64,000 nt of DNA from Lachnospiraceae bacterium (GCA_014804795.1 JAAUZC010000022.1:2117-66116), one strand, 5' to 3'. Shown: positions 19,234-29,060, counted from the stretch's first letter. Made by a program: numbers and translations. The notes: a model not told the origin generated them from the letters alone.

Positions 19234-19262
19234 ATGATACCATTTATCCCTGACACAGTCAA
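19234..19262 (-). promoter_or_regulatory. Sigma-A promoter firing into leader element A
   Basis: TTGACT (19257-19262), 17 nt, TATCAT (19234-19239). Confidence 0.7.
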
Positions 19263-19281
19263 GAAAAAAGCCCTGAACCGA

Positions 19282-19623
19282 CTAAGAAGTCAGTTCAAGG
19301 CTGATTGCCAATGCTTGATCTACCCGATGCATCATTTTGTCATCCAGGTGACATACTCTGTCTTTTAACCGCATCTTATCTATTGTTCTGAGCTGCTCCA
19401 GCAAGATTACCGAATTCTTCTCCATCTGGTACTGTTCTGCGCGAAGCTCTATATGGGTCGGAAGCTTCGCCTTGTTTTGTCTCGATGTGATCGCTGCACA
19501 GATGACCGTCGGACTATGTCTGTTTCCTGTATCATTCTGCACAATAAGTACCGGTCTTACACCGCCCTGCTCGGAACCCACCACGGGTCTTAAGTCGGCA
19601 TAGTAAATATCTCCTCGTTTCAT
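19282..19623 (-). CDS. mazF: MazF/PemK (EndoA-type) endoribonuclease toxin
   Basis: [47 protein letters not shown]...KAKLPTH...[10 protein letters not shown]; start ATG 19623 after GAGGTG; no antitoxin ORF upstream. Confidence 0.93.
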   Translation of the reverse strand: MKRGDIYYADLRPVVGSEQGGVRPVLIVQNDTGNRHSPTVICAAITSRQNKAKLPTHIELRAEQYQMEKNSVILLEQLRTIDKMRLKDRVCHLDDKMMHRVDQALAISLELTS

Positions 19624-19735
19624 GGGCACTCACCTCTTGAAATTTTCCTGCTGCTTTTTTACTTTGCAGGTGATATTTACAGTATTTCCCGTGGCTTTTT
19701 TTTCATACACAAAATATCAAATTTGCTTCTGAAAT

Positions 19736-20893
19736 TTATTCTGAAAGCAGATTCGCATATATGCGCGGAATCCGGCTTCCCAGATCGCAGGCAAGTTCAT
19801 AATTAAACCGTCCCGAAAGATCACCTAATTCTTCCATCGTAATATGTTCTGTGCCATCCGCACCGATAAGCGTCACCTTATCTCCCTGCACCGCTTCCGG
19901 AATATCAGTCACATCCACCATGAACTGATCCATACAAACCCTTCCAACGATCGGCGCGCGCTTTCCACAGATCAATACTTCGCCTTTTCCGGAAAGCGCC
20001 CTCGGATAGCCGTCCCCGTAGCCCACCGGTATCGTGGCGATCCGCTGCTCTTTCGCAGTCACATACGTGCCGCCGTAGCTGACCGGCGTCCCTGCCGGTA
20101 CTGTTTTTATATAGACAATGTGACTGTATAAACGGAACACAGGATGAAGCAGTGTTTTTTTTCTGTCCATTTCCTCTGACGGCCACAGGCCGTACATTGC
20201 AATTCCCGCCCGCACCAGGTCAAGTTCTGTCTCCGGCAGTTCCATAATTGCCGCACTGTTCGCACAATGCTTTAACGGGATATGCAGGGAAAGCTCCTCT
20301 TCAAGCCGTTTCGTAAATGAAGTAAAACGTTCGAATTGTTTCAGTGTACTTGTCTTATCCCTTTCATCCGCTCTGGCAAAGTGGGTAAACATTCCCTCTA
20401 TCTCCACCCCCGGCAGCCCCATTACCTGTCTCACAAAAGAAACGCCGGTATCATCCGGGAATATTCCGATCCTTGACATACCCGTGTCCACTTTGATATG
20501 CACTTTCAAACTCTTTCCCTGTCTGAGTGCTTCCGCGGAAAGTTCTTTTGCCATATCCGGTCGAAATACTGTGGGACGGATGTCCTGCGCCACAAGTTTT
20601 TCGTAACATTCGGGAAATGTATAGCCTAAAATCAGGATCGGCTTATCAAGTCCGTTTCGCCGAAGTTCAAACGCTTCCTCCGCCGTCGCCACCGCATAAC
20701 CGAAAACAATATCAAGCGTATCCAGTTTCCTCGCAAGCTGCACCGCCCCATGCCCGTAGGCGTTTGCTTTGATGACAGCCAACATCTTTGTCCCCGGAGA
20801 AAGTTTATTGTGCAGACTCTTCACATTTTCCACTGCGGCATCCAGATCTATCACTGCACATACTCTTTTATGCTCTTCCGGTATATTTTTCAT
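19736..20893 (-). CDS. alr: Alanine racemase
   Basis: AVIKANAYGHG (PLP lysine), HIKVDTGMSRIG, FTHFA, GYGDGYPR, GRVCMDQ. Confidence 0.97.
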   Translation of the reverse strand: MKNIPEEHKRVCAVIDLDAAVENVKSLHNKLSPGTKMLAVIKANAYGHGAVQLARKLDTLDIVFGYAVATAEEAFELRRNGLDKPILILGYTFPECYEKLVAQDIRPTVFRPDMAKELSAEALRQGKSLKVHIKVDTGMSRIGIFPDDTGVSFVRQVMGLPGVEIEGMFTHFARADERDKTSTLKQFERFTSFTKRLEEELSLHIPLKHCANSAAIMELPETELDLVRAGIAMYGLWPSEEMDRKKTLLHPVFRLYSHIVYIKTVPAGTPVSYGGTYVTAKEQRIATIPVGYGDGYPRALSGKGEVLICGKRAPIVGRVCMDQFMVDVTDIPEAVQGDKVTLIGADGTEHITMEELGDLSGRFNYELACDLGSRIPRIYANLLSE

Positions 20894-21001
20894 GATATAT
20901 ACTAATCCCTTCTATGATTCACTGTTTTTATGCATAGTACAAATACAAACATACTGCTTTTTCCGCCGCTTTTTAACATGGCAGATGAAAATTCAGGCAA
21001 G

Positions 21002-22687
21002 TCATCCGACGAAACCGGGAAATATCTCCGGCAGCGCATGAATCATATCTCCTGCTTTCATTGCAGTCTCCCCGTATTTTTGAACAGCCCGATCTCCTGC
21101 AAGCCCATGCACATAAACTGCTCTGTAAGCCGCCTCAAAATAGGCTGTCTTTCTCTGCATTCTTTTCGCCGGATCGTCTTTTTTTGACTCTTTTTCCTGC
21201 TGCATAGCTGTAAGAGCTGCAAAGGCCCCCATTATCCCTGACAGCACATCCCCTGAACCTGCGGTTGCCATGCCGCTGTTTCCGGTCTGATTGATGTAAT
21301 AATGAAAGGAATCCTCTTCATCTGCATAACAGACTACCGTAGCAGCATCCTTGCTCACCAGAATCACGCCGCTCTCCCTGACGTAGCGCTTTTGCTTTTC
21401 CATTCGCCCGGTCTGCAGTTCCTTTAGATCACAATGTAACAGCCTTGAAAACTCTGCCATATGAGGTGTCATTATCACAATACCGCCAAGCGCTGTGTAT
21501 GCTTTAACCAGTTCATACAGCCTCTCTGAAGATGCCACAAGATTCAACCCGTCCGCATCCAGAACAACAGGTTTTCGCGGCTCCTTTTCTGACACAATTG
21601 TCATAATCTTTTCCAGACTTTTCTCCGCAAACCTCTCCTGTCCGATTCCCGGTCCGGCCACTACAACATCGCACCAGTCAAGCAGTCTTTCCCAGTCTGT
21701 GTCTTCCGTAAGCTCCTGATACATGATCTCGGGCAGTGCCGACAATACAAGATCTCTGTTTTCCGGAGAAGTCACCAACTGCACCATTCCTGTACCGCTC
21801 CGGAAAGCTGCTTTGCCCGCAAGAAGCGCCGCCCCGGGCGTTCTTTTGCTCCCTGCTGCTAACAGAACTTTTCCGTAGCTCCCCTTGTGACTGTCGGGTT
21901 TTCTGTATAAAAAAGTATCCAGGCATTCTTTTTGTGCCTCATCTGTCCTGTCCAGAGTTACTCCTGCGGGATATTCCCCCAGAAAACTTTCCTCTGTGAT
22001 CCCAATCTCGGCTGTCTTTATTGCACCGCAATACTCCTTTCCCGGATAAAGCAGCATCCCTGCTTTCACAAAACCAAATGTCACCGTAAGATCCGCCAAA
22101 AAAGCTTCACCGGGCACACTGCCATCCTTTGCGGAAACACCGGACGGAATATCAAGCGCTGCCTTTTTTGCGGTTAAACCATTTAACCATTCGATTTTTT
22201 CTTTGCAAATCCCTTCCACCGGGCGCGATAAGCCAACGCCGAACAGAGCATCCACCACAAGATCATAAGATTCTTTCTTTTGTTCATGCGCTGTCATCCA
22301 CATGTCATCTGTGATAATATGCAGCGCCTGCCTGAGCTTCATATTTTGCTGTTTTTCACTTTCCGCCCTGTATTTTTCCAATATCTGCATCTGACTTTTT
22401 AATGCCGGAGAATATTTTTCCTGATCGCCGCTGACAAGTACTGTCACCTGATGCCCCTGCAAATAAAAAAGGCGCGCCAGTGCGACACCGTCCCCGCCGT
22501 TATTTCCGTTTCCCACAGCGATCAGAATGCGCACGCTCGTTGTAAAAAGTTCCTTCCACTCCTGCATCATAAAATCTCTTGCCGAAAGTGCGGCACGTTC
22601 CATCAGCACAAGCTGCGGCACGCCAAAACAGAAAATCGTATTTTCATCCGCGCGCCGCATCTCCTCTGTATTTACGATATAATTCAT
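21002..22687 (-). CDS. nnr: Bifunctional NAD(P)HX epimerase/dehydratase
   Basis: LMERAA, GNGNNGGDG, DALFGVG, DIPSG, HKGSYG, LDADG, MTPHMAEF, ATAGSGDVLSG. Confidence 0.93.
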   Translation of the reverse strand: MNYIVNTEEMRRADENTIFCFGVPQLVLMERAALSARDFMMQEWKELFTTSVRILIAVGNGNNGGDGVALARLFYLQGHQVTVLVSGDQEKYSPALKSQMQILEKYRAESEKQQNMKLRQALHIITDDMWMTAHEQKKESYDLVVDALFGVGLSRPVEGICKEKIEWLNGLTAKKAALDIPSGVSAKDGSVPGEAFLADLTVTFGFVKAGMLLYPGKEYCGAIKTAEIGITEESFLGEYPAGVTLDRTDEAQKECLDTFLYRKPDSHKGSYGKVLLAAGSKRTPGAALLAGKAAFRSGTGMVQLVTSPENRDLVLSALPEIMYQELTEDTDWERLLDWCDVVVAGPGIGQERFAEKSLEKIMTIVSEKEPRKPVVLDADGLNLVASSERLYELVKAYTALGGIVIMTPHMAEFSRLLHCDLKELQTGRMEKQKRYVRESGVILVSKDAATVVCYADEEDSFHYYINQTGNSGMATAGSGDVLSGIMGAFAALTAMQQEKESKKDDPAKRMQRKTAYFEAAYRAVYVHGLAGDRAVQKYGETAMKAGDMIHALPEIFPGFVG

Positions 22688-23346
22688 TACTCTATATAAC
22701 CTTCTTCCTTTTTCTTTGGCCGATACTTATTGGGATTATAGTGCATATCAAAAATATTGATCGCATCCCGTCCAAAAATATTGCGCATAAAAGAATAAAG
22801 CTCATAGGTATTTGTTTCACTTCCCTGCTTGCGGATAACCATTTTTCTGAGCTCTTCCCGCATCTCCCGTATCCAGTCATCACAGCTTTTGATCTCTTCC
22901 TGATTTTCCTCAAGACGTTTATAGCAGACCTCCATTGTTCTTAGCATCAACTGGTAGTTGACTTCTTTCATCTGTTCCTGAATTCCCAGATCATCCTGCT
23001 CCAGGGCTTTCAGTCTGCTGCTGCATTCCTCCACCATCTGCTTATGGTGATCCATAACTTTCTCAATATCTTTATCCCTTGAGCCGCCATATCTGTCCGC
23101 CAACTGTATGATCTCATCCATCAGCTTTCTTTTGACTGCTCTCAGCTTTTTCTTCTCCTCATTTACCCTGCCCTGCTCTTTCAGCTGTTTATTTAATTGC
23201 TTTTCCAGTCTTTTAATCTCAGGTGTTTCACCTGTCTGCGTAAAAAGTCTGTGCCAGTTGTTATCAAGTGTTAAAATCGGCAGATCTACATCTGCTAAAG
23301 CCGGTTTGTAAATATCATCTGTTCTTGACATAATAACTTTCCTCAA
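22687..23346 (-). CDS. Conserved hypothetical coiled-coil protein
   Basis: 219 aa, K/E/L/Q-rich; stop overlaps nnr start (TAATG); lies between rex and nnr. Confidence 0.75.
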   Translation of the reverse strand: MRKVIMSRTDDIYKPALADVDLPILTLDNNWHRLFTQTGETPEIKRLEKQLNKQLKEQGRVNEEKKKLRAVKRKLMDEIIQLADRYGGSRDKDIEKVMDHHKQMVEECSSRLKALEQDDLGIQEQMKEVNYQLMLRTMEVCYKRLEENQEEIKSCDDWIREMREELRKMVIRKQGSETNTYELYSFMRNIFGRDAINIFDMHYNPNKYRPKKKEEGYIE

Positions 23347-23357
23347 TCTGTTTTATA

Positions 23358-24008
23358 TTATTCCAACTCCTCATTTTTCAAAAGAAATGACAGTTTCATC
23401 AGGCTTTCGGAGAGATGCACATTTTCCACCTGAATATGCGGCGGCACATTCAGATCGCAATGAGCAAAATTCCAGATACCACGGATGCCGCAGTTTGAAA
23501 GTATCCCCGCCACTTCTACGGCGCTTGTTTTCGGAATAGTCAGTACCGCAATATCGATATTGTTTTCCTTTACAAACTGTTCCATATTTTCCATCGGCTG
23601 TACTTCGATATCCCGGATTTTCTTCCCGTATAACGCCGGATTTTTATCAAATATCCCCCGAAACAAAAACCCCCGCCGCTTAAAATTCATATAATTGACA
23701 AGTGCCTGTCCCAGATTGCCTGCCCCGACTAAAATCAAATGATGGGTTTTGTTGAGCCCCAGTATATTCCCGATTTCATCATATAAAAATTCCACATTAT
23801 AACCGTAGCCCTGCTGTCCAAAACCTCCAAACTGATTGAAGTCCTGTCTGATCTGGGAAGCTGTCACATGCATCAGATCACTCAGTTCTTTCGAGGATAT
23901 CCGCGTCACGCCTTCATCCTTCAGTTCCCCCAGATAACGAAAATATCGAGGCAGCCTGCTGATCACCGCCTGCGAAATTTCTTTTGATAATTCTCTCGTC
24001 TCTTCCAT
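23358..24008 (-). CDS. rex: Redox-sensing transcriptional repressor Rex
   Basis: ISRLPRYFRYL, ASQIRQDFNQFGGFGQQGYGY, VGAGNLGQAL, GIWNFA. Confidence 0.96.
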   Translation of the reverse strand: MEETRELSKEISQAVISRLPRYFRYLGELKDEGVTRISSKELSDLMHVTASQIRQDFNQFGGFGQQGYGYNVEFLYDEIGNILGLNKTHHLILVGAGNLGQALVNYMNFKRRGFLFRGIFDKNPALYGKKIRDIEVQPMENMEQFVKENNIDIAVLTIPKTSAVEVAGILSNCGIRGIWNFAHCDLNVPPHIQVENVHLSESLMKLSFLLKNEELE

Positions 24009-24031
24009 TTTAATATAACCTCTGCCCGCAC

Positions 24032-24817
24032 TTACTCTTTTTTTGTCACCGTCACTGTCTGATATGGTATCTCGATTCCATGTTTCAGATACTGCTGCAC
24101 AAGTGCAAGGCGTATATCACTGCAGGCATGGAAACTGTCATCCAGATTCTTCGTCCAGACCGTAGTTTTCAAAATAACGCCGTCTGCGGAATACCCCTTT
24201 ACAAATACATTATTTTCCAATGTATTTAATGTCAACTCATGCTCTGCACATATCTGTTTCATCAATTCGATCGCCTTTTCAATATCGGAATCATATCCTA
24301 CCGTTATCTCCATAAAGTTTCCGATATTTTCCGTATAATTTGTATTGATGATCACCGCTGAATCCATCACAGAATTGGGGACGATGCAGCTTTCATCGTT
24401 AAACTGACTGATGATCGTATGACGCAGTGTGATGTCCGTTACAATCCCTTCCGCGATCACACTGTTTCCCTGTGAAACCCTGATCTTATCATTGACATTA
24501 TACGGTTTGGAAAACGCCAGACTGAACCCGCTGATCACATTGGACAACGCATGCTGGGCGGCAAAAGTTGCCACTGCAATTACTAAAGAACCGCTCTGCA
24601 AAAGAGCCGTGCTCATATCTTTTGTCACTTCAAACTGCTGTGCAAGCGTATAAACTGTCAGTACAATAATAAGCGCCTTGATAATTCCTCTGGAAAATCT
24701 AAGATGCGCCGCTTTATTTTTCTTTTCAAGCCGCCTGAATACCAGATTCACGATCTGGGTCAGCAAACAGGCTATACTGATAAAGATGACAACTATAATA
24801 ATTTGATTGATAGTCAT
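24032..24817 (-). CDS. Small-conductance mechanosensitive channel (MscS family)
   Basis: Three N-terminal TM helices; AAQHALSNVISG, KPYNVND, DITLRHT, IVPNS, IEIPY. Confidence 0.88.
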   Translation of the reverse strand: MTINQIIIVVIFISIACLLTQIVNLVFRRLEKKNKAAHLRFSRGIIKALIIVLTVYTLAQQFEVTKDMSTALLQSGSLVIAVATFAAQHALSNVISGFSLAFSKPYNVNDKIRVSQGNSVIAEGIVTDITLRHTIISQFNDESCIVPNSVMDSAVIINTNYTENIGNFMEITVGYDSDIEKAIELMKQICAEHELTLNTLENNVFVKGYSADGVILKTTVWTKNLDDSFHACSDIRLALVQQYLKHGIEIPYQTVTVTKKE

Positions 24818-24891
24818 TTTCAGCCTCTTCTTTTCTGTTGCGATATATCTTAATATATGCTTTGATTCACATTCGCTTTACCGGATATGTG

Positions 24892-26655
24892 CTATATCGC
24901 ATCTTTCTCTTTCGGCGAAGCATTTAAAACGATAAAAAACGGAAACGCCGCCATAACAGGATACAGATAACGCAGTTGCACCGTAGGTCCTAAAAACAGA
25001 GTCAGGTAATAACCAAATACCAACATAAGCGGAATACATTTTGCAAATTTTCTGTTGATAAGCAGCCATCCTGTAAGCAACAGATAAAACCAGAACCATA
25101 CCCCGGGGACAAATAAATATTTCAGAACCGGATACTTTAAATAAGCATTGTCATTTGTCCATTTTTCCATCCGTTTCATAAGTCCGGGCCATTTGGAATC
25201 TTTGTATATTCCCCGTTCATTCAGAGTCAGCTCGTCCCATCTCGTCTGTACATAACCGCCTCCTGCCTCCTGCCCCTCCTGCGCATTAATATAAGCATGG
25301 CTCACATCTCCCGGGTATAGATAACCGGCATTCACTGCCAGCGCAGCATTCAGGTAATCACCCGGATACTGGAAAAACAGGCCCAGATAGGTGGATAGGA
25401 AATCTTTCGCCCTGTATCTTGCCACATAGGTGTTTGTATGGCTTTTGACAGGATCTGCAAAATCCGGTCTGTAATCCCGATAAGCTTCCTCTAAAATAAA
25501 GTCATTGATCAGCGCCCTGTCAGTATCCGACATAGTGCCATCGTCCTCCGGCATAACACTAACACCACCATGATAAACCATTGTTCTGGAGAGCTGTTGA
25601 ATGGGGAGGCTGAGCATCTCCCTCTTGTCCCCCTGCCCGGCACTCACTGCTCTGAAAATTCCGGACAACGCCAGATTTCCGATAAGGAAAGTTCCTGCCG
25701 CCAGAAAGAGTACTTTTCCCCAAAAAATTCTCCTCTCCTTTCCAAAAATAACTGCAATAAGTATAAAAAAAAGAAGGACAAGAAAAGCATATTTTCCGTT
25801 ATTGCGAAACAGGATCACTCCTATGCCGGCAAAAATGAATAACGGCACATAGGACTTGCGCCCATCCACAATTTCCCAAAGAGCTGACAGAAAAAGCACA
25901 AAAAAGGCGCTGAATATTGTATCTTTTGTCACGCTTATGCTCATATACTGATGAAACGGATAGAATATACAAAATAGCTGCACCAGAAACAGCCATATCC
26001 TTCTCACCTGATGTCTGTGCAGACAATACACGCCGAAGGCAAATGCCGCGGCAAGAAACAACATTTGAAACAGCGCATAACAGCCGATTCCTGTGTTGAC
26101 ACTTCCAAACACCGTTTCCCCAAGCCACATGGTGCCTTTTAACAAAAGCGTATGGGCAAGAGGATGATGGTCAATATACATGCCGGAAACAATCTGCTCT
26201 GTCTGAACCGGTATATCATATGCGCAGATGGCAGGGTAATATGCCAAAAAGGCGGGAAGCCAGGCTAAAAACTCGAAGAGCAGTGTACCCAAAAACACGA
26301 TCCACGAACTTTTTCCATCCGCCCTTTTCCAGAGCAGACATGATATTCTTCTGAAAGCCTGGTCTTTTTGACCGTTCGCATTTCTTTTGTCCTCGTTATA
26401 CATATTTACTGTGTTGACAGATTTGGCCCATCTGTAAAAAAGCAGGCAGATCAAAAATCCCAACGCTCCGCCGACAACAAAACTGATTCCCAGGATCTGA
26501 AATGTATGTCCCGCTGTCCATAGAATATTTCCCTCTGCAGCCAATTCCCGTCCCGTCAGCAGACAGAATATAAAGAAAAAACCTGTCAACCCAAATATGG
26601 TATATGCAATTGGTTTTGAAAGCAATCTGTTCTGTTTCATTTTTTCCTCATTCAT
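24892..26655 (-). CDS. DUF6020 family polytopic membrane protein (possibly GT-C-like)
   Basis: 587 aa with many TM helices; YDIPVQ..DHHPLAHTLL, TKDTIFS, LFRNNG, PTVQLRYLYP; start may be ATG 26640. Confidence 0.7.
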   Translation of the reverse strand: MNEEKMKQNRLLSKPIAYTIFGLTGFFFIFCLLTGRELAAEGNILWTAGHTFQILGISFVVGGALGFLICLLFYRWAKSVNTVNMYNEDKRNANGQKDQAFRRISCLLWKRADGKSSWIVFLGTLLFEFLAWLPAFLAYYPAICAYDIPVQTEQIVSGMYIDHHPLAHTLLLKGTMWLGETVFGSVNTGIGCYALFQMLFLAAAFAFGVYCLHRHQVRRIWLFLVQLFCIFYPFHQYMSISVTKDTIFSAFFVLFLSALWEIVDGRKSYVPLFIFAGIGVILFRNNGKYAFLVLLFFILIAVIFGKERRIFWGKVLFLAAGTFLIGNLALSGIFRAVSAGQGDKREMLSLPIQQLSRTMVYHGGVSVMPEDDGTMSDTDRALINDFILEEAYRDYRPDFADPVKSHTNTYVARYRAKDFLSTYLGLFFQYPGDYLNAALAVNAGYLYPGDVSHAYINAQEGQEAGGGYVQTRWDELTLNERGIYKDSKWPGLMKRMEKWTNDNAYLKYPVLKYLFVPGVWFWFYLLLTGWLLINRKFAKCIPLMLVFGYYLTLFLGPTVQLRYLYPVMAAFPFFIVLNASPKEKDAI

Positions 26656-26723
26656 GGGCTTTCACCAAGGAGCCGAAAGATAATACTCTATATAAATCGA
26701 GTATCACAAACAAACAAGTATCA

Positions 26724-26861
26724 GAGCAGTGCCCGCTCGTAAAACCTGCGGTTTTCCTCGCTCACGGGCGTTCGCCCTATGGAAAAAGTCAGATAAAATC
26801 TGCTTATGTGCAAGCACAACGCATCTTTTATCAGTCTTTTTCCGCACTGCTCATTGCCTAC
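26724..26861 (-). ncRNA. Structured four-stem leader RNA candidate, copy B
   Basis: Outer stem GAGCAGUGC/GCACUGCUC, 18-bp hairpin (16 pairs), GGGC-GAAC-GCCC, AAAACC-GCA-GGUUUU; same 5' sequence and junctions as copy A; +1 predicted at 26861. Confidence 0.65.
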
Positions 26862-26867
26862 GTGGAC

Positions 26868-26896
26868 ATTATAACACTTCATTTCCAAATCGGCAA
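26868..26896 (-). promoter_or_regulatory. Sigma-A promoter firing into leader element B
   Basis: TTGCCG (26891-26896), 17 nt, TATAAT (26868-26873), TG extension. Confidence 0.72.
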
Positions 26897-27061
26897 ATAC
26901 TCTTCGCACATTCTTGACAGTTTTTGCTTTCCTTAGTAAACTGGTTACTGTCCGGGACAGGCATAGAACATGTTTCGCAAAGGATTCTTATTCCGTCAGA
27001 TTCTTTCCGGCCGGAAATATGCGGGACTTCTTTTTCAGATAGACAAATGAGGTACACCACA

Positions 27062-28969
27062 ATGATTTTATCATGTCAGAATATTACAAAGGCTTTTGAT
27101 GGAAAAACCATCTTAAAACAGGCAAATTTTCATATAGAAGAACATGAAAAAGCGGCGATCATCGGCATTAACGGTGCCGGGAAAACCACGCTTTTAAATA
27201 TCATCACAGGCCGTCTGCAGCCTGATGAGGGTGTTGTCAGCATTTCCAAAGGCAAAACGATCGGTTATCTGGAGCAGAATCCCATTCTGGACAGCGAAAA
27301 CACGATTTTTGACGAACTGATGAGCGTCAAAGACTACCTGCTTCAAATGGAACGAAAGATCAGGCAGATGGAGCATGACATGAAACATAGAGAAGGTTCC
27401 GCACTGGAAGCCCTTATGGAACAGTATGCCCGTCTTACGACCCGCTTTGAGATGGAAAACGGCTATGCCTATAAAAGCGAACTGACCGGCGTATTAAAAG
27501 GGCTCGGTTTTGAGGAAGCGGAATATGAAAAACCCGTCTGCACCTTATCCGGCGGACAAAAAACAAGAGTGGCGCTCGGAAAGCTTCTTCTGCTCTCCCC
27601 CGATATCATCCTGTTGGACGAACCTACCAATCATCTGGATATGAATGCGATCCGCTGGCTTGAGGGATATCTTTCCGCTTATAAAGGCGCTGTGCTGATC
27701 GTATCCCATGACCGTTATTTTCTGGACCGCATCGCTATGAAAATTATTGAGATAGACGCCGGAACTGTCATGACTTTTGCCGGAAATTACAGCGCGTATG
27801 CACAGAAAAAAGAACAGTATCGTACGGCCAAAATGCATGCCTACTTAAATCAACAGCGTGAGATCAAACACCAACAGGAAGTCATCGACAAATTAAAATC
27901 TTTCAATCGGGAAAAATCCATTAAACGGGCCGAGAGCCGTGAAAAGATGTTAGCCAAAATAGAGGTTCTGGAAAAGCCGACAGAAGTCCGCACAGATATG
28001 AATATCAGGTTGATTCCGAACATCACCAGCGGAAAAGATGTGCTGGATATTGAAAACTTAAGCAAAGCTTTTGATAAGGAAGTATTGTTCCGAAAAATCT
28101 CTTTTTCCTTAAAACGCGGCGAACATGTGGCGATCATAGGTGACAACGGAACCGGTAAGACAACCCTCCTAAAGCTGATCAATGAACTGCTTGCGGCGGA
28201 TGAGGGGACGATCCGTCTTGGAACCAACGTTCATATCGGCTACTATGATCAGGAACATCATGTGCTGCATACGGAAAAATCCATCTATGATGAAATTTCC
28301 GATGAGTATCCGACTCTTACCACAACAGAAATACGCAATATTTTGGCCGCTTTCCTGTTTACCGGGGACGATGTCTTTAAACTGGTGGGAGAATGCAGCG
28401 GCGGCGAGCGCGGACGCATTTCTTTGGCTAAACTGATGCTCTCGGAGGCAAACTTTCTGATTCTTGATGAACCGACAAACCATTTGGATATTGCCTCAAA
28501 AGAAATACTGGAAGACGCTTTAAACGAGTACGAGGGAACCATCCTCTATGTTTCCCATGACCGCTACTTTATCAACAAAACGGCCCACCGGATTCTTGAA
28601 TTAAACGAGCAGACGCTCACCGGATATCTGGGCAACTATGACTACTATCTGGAGAAAAAAACAGAACAAAGTATTGTGCCGCAGCAGAAAAATCCTGACA
28701 CTCCTGTCATTTCTTCTGCCAAAGCAGACTGGCAGGCAAAAAAAGCGGCGCAGGCAAAACAGCGGAAACTGGAAAATGATCTAAAGAAGACAGAAACCCG
28801 GATTGCGCAGCTGGAAGAAAATATTTCCGATCTTGATACTTTGATGGCTTCCGATGAAGTCTGCCGTAACTCGGCAAAACTCGGAGAATTATCCGCCGAG
28901 CAGGGAAAACTGCAGGAAGAACTGGATTCTCTTTATGAAGTCTGGGAAGAACTGTCGGAGATGGTATAA
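27062..28969 (+). CDS. ABC-F family ATP-binding protein
   Basis: Two ABC domains (GINGAGKT/LSGGQ/LDEPTNHLD and GDNGTGKT/CSGGE/LDEPTNHLD), no TM segments, C-terminal coiled coil; start refined to ATG 27062 (GAGGT SD). Confidence 0.93.
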   Translation: MILSCQNITKAFDGKTILKQANFHIEEHEKAAIIGINGAGKTTLLNIITGRLQPDEGVVSISKGKTIGYLEQNPILDSENTIFDELMSVKDYLLQMERKIRQMEHDMKHREGSALEALMEQYARLTTRFEMENGYAYKSELTGVLKGLGFEEAEYEKPVCTLSGGQKTRVALGKLLLLSPDIILLDEPTNHLDMNAIRWLEGYLSAYKGAVLIVSHDRYFLDRIAMKIIEIDAGTVMTFAGNYSAYAQKKEQYRTAKMHAYLNQQREIKHQQEVIDKLKSFNREKSIKRAESREKMLAKIEVLEKPTEVRTDMNIRLIPNITSGKDVLDIENLSKAFDKEVLFRKISFSLKRGEHVAIIGDNGTGKTTLLKLINELLAADEGTIRLGTNVHIGYYDQEHHVLHTEKSIYDEISDEYPTLTTTEIRNILAAFLFTGDDVFKLVGECSGGERGRISLAKLMLSEANFLILDEPTNHLDIASKEILEDALNEYEGTILYVSHDRYFINKTAHRILELNEQTLTGYLGNYDYYLEKKTEQSIVPQQKNPDTPVISSAKADWQAKKAAQAKQRKLENDLKKTETRIAQLEENISDLDTLMASDEVCRNSAKLGELSAEQGKLQEELDSLYEVWEELSEMV

Positions 28970-29016
28970 CCGATTTTATGCAGACCTCCGATATTCGCTT
29001 CGCCCCACCCCACTAA

Positions 29017-29060
29017 AAAATCCCGATAATCTCTGTTGATAAGATGATTATCGGGATTTT
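29017..29060. terminator. Probable bidirectional terminator between ABC-F and icd
   Basis: AAAATCCCGATAATC / GATTATCGGGATTTT perfect 15-bp inverted repeat. Confidence 0.8.
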
